64,000 nt of DNA from Chrysomallon squamiferum (GCA_012295275.1 CM022666.1:11408001-11472000); one strand, 5' to 3'; shown: positions 27,001 through 40,784, counted from the stretch's first letter. Numbers and translations are program-made. Notes: a model not told the origin generated them from the sequence alone.

Positions 27001-27807
27001 TGAGAGTATGCACTGAGAATTCTTTATCTGCAATGTATGTAGCATCACTACAGGTTTTATTCCCACAAATATTTTTCTATTTTAGCTGTGGACATTATCT
27101 GGTGTCTGGTAATAATGATGGTTATGTTACTGTGTGGAAAACAAATGAATCACCTAAGAAACTGTTTTCAAATGTTGATCCAGTGCTGGAACCCAAGTTG
27201 AAATTCAGAGCACATGATGATGCTGTCAATGGAGTCAGGTGGTTTTTACAGAGATTTAACTTTATATTGTGTGTAGTTGCATACCAACAATCTTTTATAA
27301 AACTGAAAACTGAAAGGCATGGAAAAAAGGTTTGATAGTAAAACTGGTTTAAACTTTTACTTTTTTCTTTCTTTTTAAACCTTTCTAATATTTAACCTTT
27401 GCTAGAATTTAGTGCATCAAATTTTTATGTTTAGGAAAGACATGTTTACTCACAAATCCAAGAAACATGTGGATGTTTCATAAACGTGTTAATTTTATGA
27501 TTCATACAAAGACTGGGTTGCCCTTCTTTATTCTGATAAATGTCTATAGCATACATATAGCCATTTATATAGAAAACAAACTTAAGTTGTTTTTAATGAC
27601 AACATGACAAACAGGAATTTTCTTTATTTTAGTGTTCATCCAAGTCTACAGATAACAGCGACATCATCTGGACAGCGCCATTTTAATGTTCCTGGTGACA
27701 GTGATGAGTCTGATACAGACACCAGCAATATCAGTCTCGAGTCAACTCATTCAGAAAACAGTTTGAAAATATGGACATTTAACAAACAGAAGTTACCAAA
27801 ACAATAA
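21064..27807 (+). CDS. WRAP53: Telomerase Cajal body protein 1 (WRAP53/TCAB1/WDR79), WD40 protein, 11 coding exons
   Basis: Exons 21064-21863, 22160-22261, 22779-22899, 23209-23297, 23463-23553, 23807-23939, 24276-24365, 24688-24806, 26500-26603, 27086-27238, 27633-27807. Motifs: [101 protein letters not shown]...ATSSGQR. Confidence 0.96.
22434..22549 (+). repeat. Dispersed ~120-bp repeat, copy 2 (WRAP53 intron)
   Basis: Same-orientation copy of 18279-18404. Confidence 0.8.
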
Positions 27808-29520
27808 ATTTATAATTTTCTAAAATCAGCTTTTAATTTATTTTTGTAATTTAAGGGCGTTCATGTGTGTGTATGTATATATGATAGTAGCATTGAAACT
27901 GAATAGGTGTAAATTTTACTTGTTTTGTAATGATACATTTTTATAATTGTCAAAGAAACCTTCGAGGTCAGTTAAAATTCTTGAAATGTAAAAAAGACTA
28001 TAAAAGTCCAGTATCATTTACAATATAGAGGAAGAAATATGTTTATGGCTGTCAATCATAATTTAGTTTTAAGATGTCAGAGATGTTCAGAGTAGCTCAT
28101 TTGAACTATAAACATTAAATATAAACAATAAAAGATGCATTTTAACACTTTACATTTTAAATCACCAAGACACACACACACATTCCAAAGTGCTTCTCTT
28201 TCATGTCATAAAAATACAATTTTTAATACTAATGCCATAAAATTGACTAAACAATAAATATGTGACAAATTAATAAATTTCTGACTAGATGACCTCTTTA
28301 ATATGTACAATCAGTACACATCACAACAGCGTGAAACTGAATGGAGCATGACATTTTAAATATACATATATACATTTTATACATTGTTTTCACTTTGAAC
28401 ATACAAATGTCAGTATATGAAATTTATGAATACAAACACAATGCAACCACATAAGAATTGGTACAAGTATATAAAATCATTTTCATTTTCTTTATAATAT
28501 GAAAATTAAGAAATATTTAAAATCAGGTTTATAAATTTCTACTAATCAAATGCTGTTTATCTATAAGAATTTGCAAATCAAATTTTCAAGATTTCTTCAT
28601 TATTCTTTGAAAATAACAAAATTTCTTTTAAATTAATACTTCAAGAAAGTTTACAACTAACCAACTGTTACAAAATGTAAGTCACTGAAAATAAATAAAT
28701 ATAATTAAAATATATTCTATGTAATTTATTCTACTGGTTAAAACAAATTAACCCTTTCTATTTCCAGTTTTATAATACTTTACAAATAAAACAATGGTGA
28801 AAACAGAACCAAATGAAGCAATTAAGTACAGTACAGCATCAGATACAATAACATATAATTATTTACAGGATAATATCATTTACAAAAAGTACGGTAGAAT
28901 GAATTGTCAGTATTTCAAATAAAACTCTCACTTCTTAATCTACAATTTGATTTATCTTGCCAAGAAAATGAAAAATTACAAACCAAAATACCACATTACA
29001 AAATTTCATTTAAAATTGTAAGAAAACATTACTTTTTTGTTAAATCAGCTGTCTTCAGCACATTCTGCCATGACGAATTACCATACATGAAAACACCCAA
29101 TAAAAAGAAATCTATGGATAATTTCTTTTTAAAATAAAATATTTTCATCTGTTACACTGCCAGCAGCAACAGCTACATTTTGTATAAATCCTCCATTTTG
29201 TTTTCAATTTCTTGTAGCCACTAAGGAAATAATATGTAAACAAAGTTCTAAAAATGAGTTTTTGTAAAGAAATTATTTCCAACAGTAACATTCATTTATT
29301 TCAGCGACTTCAAGAAAAGCTTAAGCATATCACTTTCTGGAAATTAAGAAAAATTTTAAAAATACGTATTCTCACTGTTTCCAAGATCAGAGAAAGTCTG
29401 ACATATTACTTTTACAATGAACTATGCATTTACACATCACATACCTGTCACCAAACTTTCTCTGAATTTAAATCTGAATGCATTGTTGGGTCACTCCTGC
29501 TCTCACAATCAGTTTGTACA

Positions 29521-32500
29521 TCATAAATGTGGCTGCTTTATAGGAGTGAAGCCTGAAGTGTCTGTATGGTGACATGACTGCTCTGGTGACTCACTCATGT
29601 CTGCTGAGTCAACCAAATCTGATGATTCCGAGTCAGTCATGTGAATGTCGTGTGAGTGTCGGAGAGGCATGAAGCCAAAGATGTTTGACTTGGACCGTTG
29701 TGTCAGGTCAGGAACTTGACCATGACCTTGGGGCACTGTTTGTTCAGGACTGTGATCATCCAGACTTGTTGAAGAAATACTGCAAACAAAATTACATACA
29801 AAATAATTTCATATTTGCCAACATTTGGTGCTGGAAAATCAAATAAATGAATGAATATAACTACAGTTATTAATGTACATGTATATATATGTATTTATAA
29901 TCTTCCTAGGATGTGTGAGTTTGCAAGTACTCACCTGTGAGCCAAAGGATGGGCTAGGACTCTGTCTGGGGTGCTGGGGCCAGTGCTTAGTTTCTTTGGT
30001 GGACTCAGATATTCAAATCTGTCACTGCTGTCTGTTTCCACTGCAACAACATTACACTATCTAAATAAATTATATTTACTACAGATTATGTTACATAAAA
30101 CTGTCTCTTGAAATGAATTAGCATTACTTGTATTCACTATGAAATCCAAATATTAAGATTACTTGTGCTCCTGATATACTGTGGTCATGCTATTAGGTTA
30201 CCATTTTAGTTTTGATATGTAACACAGTATTTAATAAGACTGTTTAGTGTTGTCAAACAGAACATGTGCAAAAGGTAATAAGAAAGTTACTAACATTTTC
30301 TTTTGCCTAATGGACTTGGTCTGACTGCTATAGGACTGAGACTTCTGAAATAAAAGAAATACAATTACACCTCAAAGTACAGAAACAAGAACTCATTTTT
30401 AGATATTACACAAAATTCCTTTTAATATTAAAAAAAAAGAAAAAAGATATTTGTTTTAAAATTAAAGGCAGAGTTAATGTTTAACATGAAGAACAGAAAT
30501 GTAGAGCGCTATGTTACAACATTAAATAAAATAAATACTAACTCAGCTGTTTTTAAATGCATATTATTTTTGCTTACAAACTCCATGTTAAATAGTAATA
30601 TGAATACAAATATATCTGATTCAATCTGGGAAAAACTGTCACATTGTGCAAAAAAAAAAAAAAAAAAAAAAAAATTAAAATAAGAAATGAAGAATTTGAC
30701 TTATATTTCTTTTCTGTTTTACTTTTTTTTTTTCCAGTGACTTAATAGATTTTTAATTTAACTTTTCAGAACTGCTTAAATTGTTTTCCAGCTCGATTAC
30801 AACTGAAGGTAGGTTACAATAAAGGACATGCCTATCCACAAATGAATGTGGGAGAGAAACATATTTAAACATTTGCATTTAATGTCACACATCCTTAATT
30901 ATTCATATCAGAGCACTTTGTGATCAGATGAATGAATTCAAAATTTATTTAGAAAACAGTAAAGATGAAAAAACAAAGTCACATATTTATATTTAATTAA
31001 AGAAGATTTAATCAACAACAAAAAATAAAACAACTAAAAATGCCTGTGACATTTTCACAATGTTGTAACACAACTAATATATTAAATATTTACTAATTCC
31101 ATTCTGCTGACAGACAGTGCATATGGTTTCTAACGATTCACTTGACTAGTTCCAGCTATAATCCTCTATATAAACTTTCAGTCCAAAAATCAATTTTCCA
31201 CTTTTTCATACTGCACATCTTGTGACATGCTTTCCCAGATTGTGTATGATGTGTGTTTATTAGTTATAAATAATGAAATTGTTAATAAGTATAAAAAAAA
31301 ATAACATTCAGTTAAAACTGATAAATTCAAAATTTACCTTAAATATGTTTTTCTTGTTGGGCTTGGACTAGGACTGGGAGTAAAGCTATTGTTTTTAACT
31401 GGCACTTGCATTGATGGAGAAAAACATTGCTGCAAAAAGAAGAAATATCTTCTTAAATAGGGCTCTGTGCAAAAATATTTGATTTATGCTAATACTGCCA
31501 GTTACAGCAGGTTACAAATGCATTAAATAACTGAAATACTAGTCTTTATAGAACTAGAAGACATCTGTTATAACAGCTTTTGTTAATTCATAACAGCAAA
31601 AGATAAACCAATATGTGTCTGTTGTAAATCAAATCTTTTTATTAGGACATATAACATTTTTACTATTACATTAAAAATGCATTTAGACTAAATCAATAAA
31701 ACCTTAATATAATGAATAGCAACTAAATAATTCACTTACACACACACACACACGCACAGACACACACACACACACAGATACACACACACAGGCACACACA
31801 TATACACACACATGCACTGTGAAATAAAAGTGATTTTAAAACTAATTGTTTTAAAATTTCATTATTAGCATAATGTAATGTTGTGGAACATCACTATATT
31901 GCACGATCATGTATGAAATCATGGACAGAAATTTTTTATACATAAATATCAATATTGTAAAGTGTTTACTTTTCCAACTGAAAAACTAAGTCAATGTAAA
32001 TGTACTTACTTTTACAACAGAAATATTAAGTTAATATAAATGTACTTACTTTTACAACAAAAATACTAAGTTAATGTACATGTACTTACTTTTCCAACTC
32101 GTGTAGGTGATGGCATTCCGGACAGAAAGTTTGGACCTGTGACAACATGTAACGTTTCACTGAAAGATCTCGGTCGTCTGTGACTGTGTTCTGGTAACAT
32201 TTGTTCTTGATCTTGCTGTAAGTAGTTAATAAAATGAATAATACTTATACAGTTATAATACTTTACAGTCTGATACAGATGTTAATATATGTTTCAAAAT
32301 TATTTCAAGTTCCTCACATGGTCAGGTTTTTTTCATATATCTGTGTATATATATATATATATATACACACACATTAAAATATTACATTTTGTTTTCTTCA
32401 GTATTTTAATTATGCATATGTGTGTTGGTGTACATGTATGTATTTACATGGTGTGAATATAATTACCAATACAGTAATAATAGAAGTTGAGAGTATTGTA

Positions 32501-34039
32501 AATTGTTTTAGATAAAATATTTCTTCCTTCTCTTCTTTTTTTTTAACTATGAATGTAAAACACTATATGTAATATAGGCTTCTCAGTTAGAAGTACGATG
32601 AGGTACACATACCAAATGAAATCCATCCCAAGAGGTTGATATCTGAATTGTTGTTCGCACTTCTCTGAAAACACAGCATGCAATGAATTCATGAGATTAA
32701 AACTTATTCTAACATTTACTGTTGAAATGAAATGATATACAATATTGATATTTCTAATAACTATTTTTCTTTTTTAGCATACTCATGAATCTTTTTTTCT
32801 CTCTTTCTTTCTTTCTTTGAAGCTAAATAAATAAATACTGGTATATTAAAAGAAGTAAAAAAAATACATGTTGATCCACAACACTGCAATTAAAATGAAT
32901 ATATATTTTTTATACTGAAAGAGAATATTAGTTTGTAAAACTGTTTTATGAAAAGACTTAAAAAGTTACCTTTCGTGAGCAGCTTCCCGGTCAGGAATGT
33001 GACTTTCTTCATCTTTGATTTGACTGACTCGCCCTGGCACTCGGACAGCAGGCTGCAGTGAAATACCTCAGTTTAAATTAGACACAAAAACATGCACACC
33101 TCCAAAAAAACACCTCAGCTATATCTAACAATGTTTTTCTTAACTTTTAATTTAACTGAGACTTGAATATAGTTCCATTAAACTGTCAATCAGAATATTT
33201 ATAATATATGATTACTAAAGTTTACATATTATTAGTTTTCATTTTCTTTGCCCGAAGAATAAAAAAAGTGACTTACTGTTGTGATGTGTAATGCCATGTT
33301 ACTTGAACTAAACCTGCGCAGCCTATTTGCTTCTGTAGGCCGAAATGTTGATGTACTGAAATATAAAACAGCAGCTGTCAAGTAGAAACATGATGTATTC
33401 TTTTTATGTATTAGTCTTGGAAAATTTATGCATGCATCAAGGCCACAAAGTATTTATTGCTGATGAAAAGTAAGAAAATTTCTTCAACTGATTTACATGG
33501 ATCACAATATTGTTTTTGTGGATCTCTGTGTTCAGTTGCAAGTTTTAAATACAGGCCAGTATACTGAAAGCAGTTAGACAGATAAAAAATAAATGTTTAA
33601 TCAGATTACTGATTTTCTTGTTAACAGCTAGTAAACAGTAAACACATAAAACCATCATACGTATCCATATCAACTTTTCAATCATGTTTTTATGACAAAA
33701 GAGTTATAGTATACATTTTAATAAAGAAATTAATACATTCCAGAAATAATGAAAGAAAACTAGGTGGATAAAAAAAATTTAAAAAACAAAATATGCCATT
33801 AATAAAACCATCAATTTATGTTTATATTCTGAATAAAACATCTGAAATTATTTACGTGTGACAGCAGTATTAAAAACAAAATGATATATTTTAATGACAG
33901 GATACCTTGCTTCATTGTGTGATGTTGTAACCAAAGCATTGATCATGGGAGCACTATTTGACCGTTTGAGAGTCCCAGGAGCTGGAATACTTGATGTTGA
34001 TGGCTGTTCATGATCAACCTCCATTCTGTTTCCAGACAT
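29521..34039 (-). CDS. FAM122A: FAM122/PABIR family PP2A-B55 inhibitor, 9 coding exons
   Basis: Exons 34039-33906, 33355-33277, 33052-32970, 32664-32613, 32215-32090, 31429-31338, 30344-30295, 30040-29935, 29779-29521. Motifs TLKRSNSAPMI, RVSQIKDEE...REAAHEREV..TIQISTSW, PSPTRVGKQCFSPS and RSLSPIAVRPSPLGKRK match FAM122A/B. This is probably the single invertebrate pro-ortholog. Confidence 0.92.
31956..32099 (-). repeat. 40-bp tandem repeat (~3.5 copies) spanning a FAM122 exon/intron boundary
   Basis: TGTACTTACTTTT at 32001, 32041 and 32081, and a degenerate copy at ~31963; period 40. Confidence 0.85.
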
Positions 34040-34346
34040 TCTTTTCAGTATAAAGCCTTATTTACTCAATGTGTTAGGCAATACGGGAAAATATTATATT
34101 TAAATTATGCACAAAGATGTTAAAGTGTATTTTATTTTTATCAGTGCTGTAAGCAACAATCTGAAATACTTTAAATACTGAACAATAACTCGAATAAGAA
34201 CATTATCGTGGCATTGTAAAAGATAGGCATTGTTACTCATGATAAACAGGGCAGCAAGCACTTAGAAAATGTTGCATTGAATGATGCTTCATTTCTTGAG
34301 ATAATCGCATCTCAAAACTCAAACAATGCAGAAATGTCATGTTTAC

Positions 34347-34460
34347 CAACTTATGTTTTGTCGCATTTAAACATTTTCTATTCTCTAGGAGCCATGACAG
34401 GAAGTGCAAATGACATTTTTAAAGCGATTCTGTGATTGGCCGTTCATTTCGTTGGCATAG
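34347..34460 (-). promoter_or_regulatory. Probable FAM122 promoter and non-coding first exon
   Basis: Minus-strand donor G|GTAAAC at 34347/34346 and acceptor TATTTCAG ending 34161. ETS-like AGGAAGTG (~34399), CCAAT (GATTGG ~34434) and local CpG enrichment. Confidence 0.45.
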
Positions 34461-34881
34461 GTAGGACAGGAAATAAAATTTTAAAATGATATATTTACAT
34501 GTGCATTAATAATAATTTGATTTCGTTACTAAAGTGAATGCAATGTGTATTTACATTTATTACAAATGTAATAATAAAAAGGAAATTGGATAAGGAAAAC
34601 ACGCAATAAATATTCATAAGACAATAACCAATGAACAAAGCGGTTGCAGATAAAGAGTTTTAAGCAAAAACTTACTTTACGACATTAAACTATTTAACGC
34701 TTATTGATATTTTTATTAGTAGATGAATTAATATAGGTAGTTTAATGTTCAAAATAAAATGTCTAAAATAAAATTTCTTTTTAAAAAGAATGGAGTCTTC
34801 TATTGTTTTGGTTTTTTTTTGTTTGTTGTAAAACCTCTTTATGGCAGATACGCAATGTATTTGATATAAAGTTTTTAGAGT

Positions 34882-34903
<22 letters not shown>

Positions 34904-34928
<25 letters not shown>

Positions 34929-34942
34929 AATAATAATAATAA
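34904..34942. repeat. (AAC)n(AAT)n microsatellite
   Basis: Direct inspection. Confidence 0.9.
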
Positions 34943-35582
34943 ATTAATTAATTAACATTGATATGCAGTTTTAATAAGAATTGTATAGCCACGATGATCC
35001 AAATAAAAATTATATAAAAAAAAAAAAAAAAATAGCGACTTGAAATTTCATTCACTCTGAACGTTTCATTGTTCTCCAACAAGATGTTATTGATTCAAAC
35101 ATATACACCATATGTCAGTTCTCACTGCTAATAATCATCATTGATAAATATTATTATTTATTATTAATTTTTTTAACTTTGCTTTAAACCAGGAAAGCGC
35201 TATATATAATTACTGTTTAATGGATGAAAAATAAAACTGAAAGTCATAGAAATCTAGTTAAAGAAATAAAAGATATATTAATTACTGTCCATTAGGCCTA
35301 CTATTTAAGTTAATTGCATTATTTATTTAATCGAATTCGTCTTGTTTTCTTTCTTCAAAACTGTAATAAGCAAAAAGTTTGGAATTTCTATCATTATACA
35401 AAAATAAAATTCTAATCATTTATTCAGAAAGTAAGCTTAAGTGTGTGATTTTGTTAGTATCCATTTTGTAATCGTTTTCCTGACATATCTCTGTAAATGG
35501 TAAAAGAAACACGGTTTCGTTTGTTTCGTGTATTTATTTACAGTGTTTATGCACGTTCTTTTTCGTTTTTACTATTTAGCGG

Positions 35583-35618
<36 letters not shown>

Positions 35619-36555
35619 CACACACATTTTCTGAAAAGGGAGGACAAAAGCCCACTCAGTGAAAAATCAAGGTGGTATCTCATATTATTACAGCAAAAAA
35701 GTAGCACAGAGAAACGCTCTAACTGTGTAGTACTAAGATTACAAATAAAGTTAGTACATAATTACATATATTCCATGATTTTCATAATGAGGCGTCAGGG
35801 AAAATATTAAACAATGATCGATTATATTTTTAGTTGGAAAGCGTTTGTACAAGCTTGTTTTTATCTATGAAGGGTTAACTTCCTTATCCTCCCGTTTATA
35901 GATTGACCCAGATGTAATGAATATTAGTGGGGTTTTTTTAAAAAGACATTACTGTTGTAAAATATTACGCAAAAAAATTATTCTTACACTGAAAATATAA
36001 TAATAATAATAATAAAATATGTCTCTAGATATACACTTTAAGTACTAGTTTATTCCAACCAGTTCCATCAAAAGATTTATAAATACAATTGAATTTGGAT
36101 CCTTTCACTTTAACAACTGTTAGATGTGTATGTTCTGCCACTCGGTATATTGTCGAGATTGATAATGGGAGATAACTTGTCCTTTCTAAATGGGATATAT
36201 TTACGTGTACTTCTGGCTCAAGATACTGAAACAATATATCTTTCGACTGAATGACATAAAAACGGTTGCATGGAATGCAAATAATGATAAAGTAAACATG
36301 CTGCTATCCTTTTCAATATCCTAAAGTTACTGTACTTGTTTGTGAGCTGTTTGTTTATCAGCTACTATATGTAGGACTTTTATTATTATTATGTTTTTTT
36401 TAAATAAGATGTAACTAACGTATATATTTATGCGTGTGTTCCTCTGACCTCTTCTATAAATAATATTAACTTCAGAATATGTGTAGTGGTATGTGTATAT
36501 ATGTGCATAAACACACACACACACATATAGACATTGTATGTATGTATATATCTAT

Positions 36556-36648
36556 GTATGTTTGTATGTATATTTACTTCAGTGTATGTTTGTATGTATA
36601 TTTACTTCAGTGTATGTGTGTATGTATATTTACTTCAGTGTATGTGTG
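36556..36648. repeat. 28-bp tandem repeat, ~3 copies
   Basis: TTTACTTCAG at 36573, 36601 and 36629 within TGTATG-rich units. Confidence 0.85.
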
Positions 36649-38315
36649 TTATACTGGCTGGCTATAAAAATAATAATTAAGAAAACAAGAGAGGAACAGC
36701 AATGCTATTATGAATTTAATACAATTATTCTATAATTCTATTCAACTATTACATTTATATTTAACGCAAACATCGCATTTTACGAATATTTTGCTTTCCA
36801 GATTCGTATGAATCCAAAATGGTAAACGATACAGTATTCCCCAATTTTCTTTTTTCATAATAGATTATAACACATTACTATTAACCAACTAACAAAGTTC
36901 TGACTCAAGTAAAATGTATTGTCGACAGTTCTCATTAATGGAATATATTTATGCTAGGGAAGCCCAGGGTATTGGGGAAAAAATGAGTGCGACTGCAAAT
37001 TAAGTAAAAGGTTATTTTTAACATAGTTCATTAATCTGTTTCTATTAGCATCCCTTTTACATTAGTTTTCCTTAAATGATTATGTAACAGGTTAATCTGT
37101 CACATTAATAAATCTGCTGAGAACGGAAAATGAAAAGAATATATATTTGTTTCAATAATGTTATTGTTTAATGATGGTTATAAAAAATATTTAAAAATTC
37201 TGCTTAAGTAATATTTTTAATCATCAGAATTATTAAATAAATATACATTTGTGATCCTTACTGATATACTGTGTAATTTGAAACTAAAACTAAAACAAAA
37301 CCGATAACGTGACAAAACGTTTAAATGGTAACGAGGTTTTATAGATAAATTTTACAAATTTATTTTGATATATTTTTCTGTTGCATGGACTATAATTAAA
37401 AGCTTATAGTATTTTAATGTGTATTTCAATTTAAAACTCGTAATAGCGTTTACGAGTGATTTAAAACTCGCACACTAAGTGAGTTTCTGGAGATTTCAAT
37501 TAAACTTTCGTATTCAGTAATAAAATAAAACGTGGTGACGAGATTGTAGCATGACGAAACATGATCGGCCTGGCTGTAATTATATCCAAGCTCATTTCTT
37601 TCATACATTTCACTTTTTAATCACGGAATGCTAAAGTGTTATTTTATGTAGCAGGCAGAAGCAGCATTTGCAGACTGTTGACGTGAATTATACAAAATGC
37701 TTTTCCATTTGCGAGCGACTCTGTAAAGTTAAACATTCAAATAAAACCACATTTGATACTTTATGCTTCACGTGTTTCGTTGATTGAATCGTTTTCTAAT
37801 AAATCTATCTGCAAATAATCTCATAAATGTTGAACACCATTTTCTTTTTACTGCCGACACGTTTCGTGCTTAATATGGAGATTTCAGTTCTCATAAATTA
37901 TTTTCTTTTTTGTACACTTGTTGACGTTATGGCGTTAAAACCCTCCAGATCGGTCAGTGATAAGAAATATTTACTGAAATATGAATTCAAAATGTTTTGA
38001 TCTTTAAGTGAGATTAGCTGAGTACATCCACAGATTAGAAAAAGAATCTCTCTTGTTCAAAGTTTGTAAATTATGAAAGAGTATTTACGAAAATGTTGTT
38101 GTTAAAAAGCATTATTTTCATTTAAATGGCTGAACAAAATTCTTATCTAGATTCATATTTCTATACTGAAGTACAGTTGATCAAATGAACATAAATAATT
38201 AACTATATTAATTCAAAATATACTGATATACTTAAAATCAGAAATTAGTCTCAGATAATTTTAAATGATTAACTATTTTGTTTAATTGTTTACATGCTAT
38301 TTATTTTATTTTATT

Positions 38316-38346
<31 letters not shown>

Positions 38347-39865
38347 TTGTTTATATATTTAGTCCTTTTTATTTGTTTTTAAATTTATCATAAATCTATA
38401 TATTTAAAAGAATGCACTGATTCTTCTAGATCATTTAATATTCATAAGTAGAGCTAAGCTTAGTTAATTTAAAATATGTATCGCTTCATTGTGTTTCGAG
38501 TGTACTGAATCGCAGGACGTGGCATGCAGATAAAACACACTGATCGCCGCCATTCGGCTTTTGTTATTTCCGGATTAGTTATTGTCTTGCAGAACTTTGA
38601 CAGGAATTTTGAGTTTGGAACCGTCGCGACCAGGATGTAATTACGAGCGCCCGTTTCACAGGACTCTGTTTAATATCCTTCAAGAAAAATACTATTACTT
38701 CAAATCTGGTTTCCTGGCTGGTATCCAGTTACCCACTATTACCATCGTAAGTGAAACAAAAGCGAAGTTTTGCAATGATCGGAAGCAAAAAGAAACGACT
38801 TTCGATTTTTCTTACATTGGTTCAAGTTAGCTTGCGTGCTAGGACGAATACGTCTTGATGGTTGATTATTCAGGCTGGCATAGCTGGGTAGTTTTACAAT
38901 TTTTAGTTTGACGTGGCATTGATTTTATGCATTTGTTTTTAGATTGGATTCATTAATATTTATAGACTCCAATTTGGTTAGCATATATTATTTTAAACAA
39001 GTCTGCGCTGTTCTTTGTCATGTGATTTTTCACTGTAATCAGTTAATTACAACTACAGCGCTACACAGACAGATATTACAATAGAAGTTCTTTAAGTTTA
39101 ACTTGTTTACGATATACATATATACATACATATTTTATTTATATATTGCATTACCAATTTGTATTCAAAGAGCGCCAGATGAAATAGATAATTTAACTTT
39201 GTTTTATTGAAATATGTGGCTTAAAGTATCAAAGGCTACAATTTTTTTCGTATTATTGTTATAACCATTTCCTCTCATAAATATGCAAACTTTGCCAGTC
39301 CTTTATCTAGACCGCCATTTAAAGAAAATTCATCAAACATTTTGTGAACACATGAAATGAAATAGCTCTAAATTTCATTCCACGCGACTATTGCCAATAA
39401 CCCAAAGCATCAACCTAAAAATGCCTTTAAATGGACCATTAATGTTTCTTTGACTTAAATAATTCTAGACTGTTAGTCCGAATGCCTGAGAAGACGATAA
39501 TTCTTTGAATGAAGTAGTATTATCCACTTGAAGAGTTCTCAATGCCGCTCTGTACTGCACAAAACGGATACATAAACTTGTCCAAGTATCTCCTGCTGTT
39601 TACTGCACTCGCAGTATTTACAAGTTATTAAGCTTAACAGCAATAGATTACAGAGGAAAATGCGATTGTTGGTTATTCTCCGTGATTTACATTTAAAATT
39701 AAAAAAAAACCCAGATCTGAATCCTAATGATGTGACAGTAATAGAAAGAAAAACTTAAAATATTTATTTATTTAAGTAAACTTTTTTTGGTAACATAACA
39801 GCAAAAGTGATTTATCTTTCTCGAATACTGTTTATTTTTAAATTAACTTAATTTTCGTTTTTATT

Positions 39866-39866
<1 letters not shown>

Positions 39867-39921
<55 letters not shown>
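39867..39921. repeat. (AAT)n microsatellite
   Basis: Direct inspection; source of the spurious poly-Tyr ORF. Confidence 0.95.
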
Positions 39922-39923
<2 letters not shown>

Positions 39924-40465
39924 TAATAAATTAATAAATAGTTTGAATATACGATCAGTAGCAAACTTCACACTTTTGTTTTCATAAGCTGGTTGAGTTG
40001 TGCCAGGCGAACCCTCACTCAGTGTATTATGTGTCTTTCGTTTGAAATTAGACCCAGCCAACTGATATCGACAGAAGTGACAAAACGTGTAGTCATCAGC
40101 ATATCTCGACACAACGAATAATCGCCAGTGTAGACAAAAGAGAAAATTAATGTATTGATCCGTGCTGAAAAGAAAAGAAAAATACATTTATGCGATTGGA
40201 ATGCTTTGCACAAACAACACTAGATGGCAGTGAAAGCAGATGTCAGGAGACAAATCACTTGTGTAGAAGTTGATTGGACTGAATTTTCACAATTGTTATG
40301 CAATGAATATATAACTACTTGTTGTACACCAAATCTCTCACAAGAAAAAAATTCTCAATTACAGATGAATTGTGTATTGTAAAACTGAATGTTACAGAGA
40401 CATTTCTAAATATTATTACATACACATGACACTAAAAATAGCGTGTGTTGGGAAATGACTCTTTA

Positions 40466-40784
40466 CGTGGTTATTGTACAATATCTAGAAAAGTCGTGGT
40501 TATTGTACAATATCTAGAAAAGTCGTGGTTATTGTACAATATCTAGAAAAGTCGTGGTTATTGTACAATATCTAGAAAAGTCGTGGTTATTGCACAATAT
40601 CTAGAAAAGTCGTGGTTATTGTACAATATCTAGAAAAGTCGTGGTTATTGTACAATATCTAGAAAAGTCGTGGTTATTGTACAATATCTAGAAAAGTCGT
40701 GGTTATTGCACAATATCAAGAAAAGTCGTGGTTATTGTACAATATCTAGAAAAGACATGGTTATTGTACAATATCTAGAAAAGT
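40466..40784. repeat. 29-bp minisatellite, 11 copies
   Basis: Unit CGTGGTTATTGTACAATATCTAGAAAAGT, nearly identical copies, no spacers. Confidence 0.97.

Noticed and set aside
40466-40784. CRISPR-like appearance of the 29-bp partly palindromic repeat (also the 39- and 47-bp arrays)
   Set aside because: Units are head-to-tail with no unique spacers, there are no cas genes, and the context is eukaryotic.
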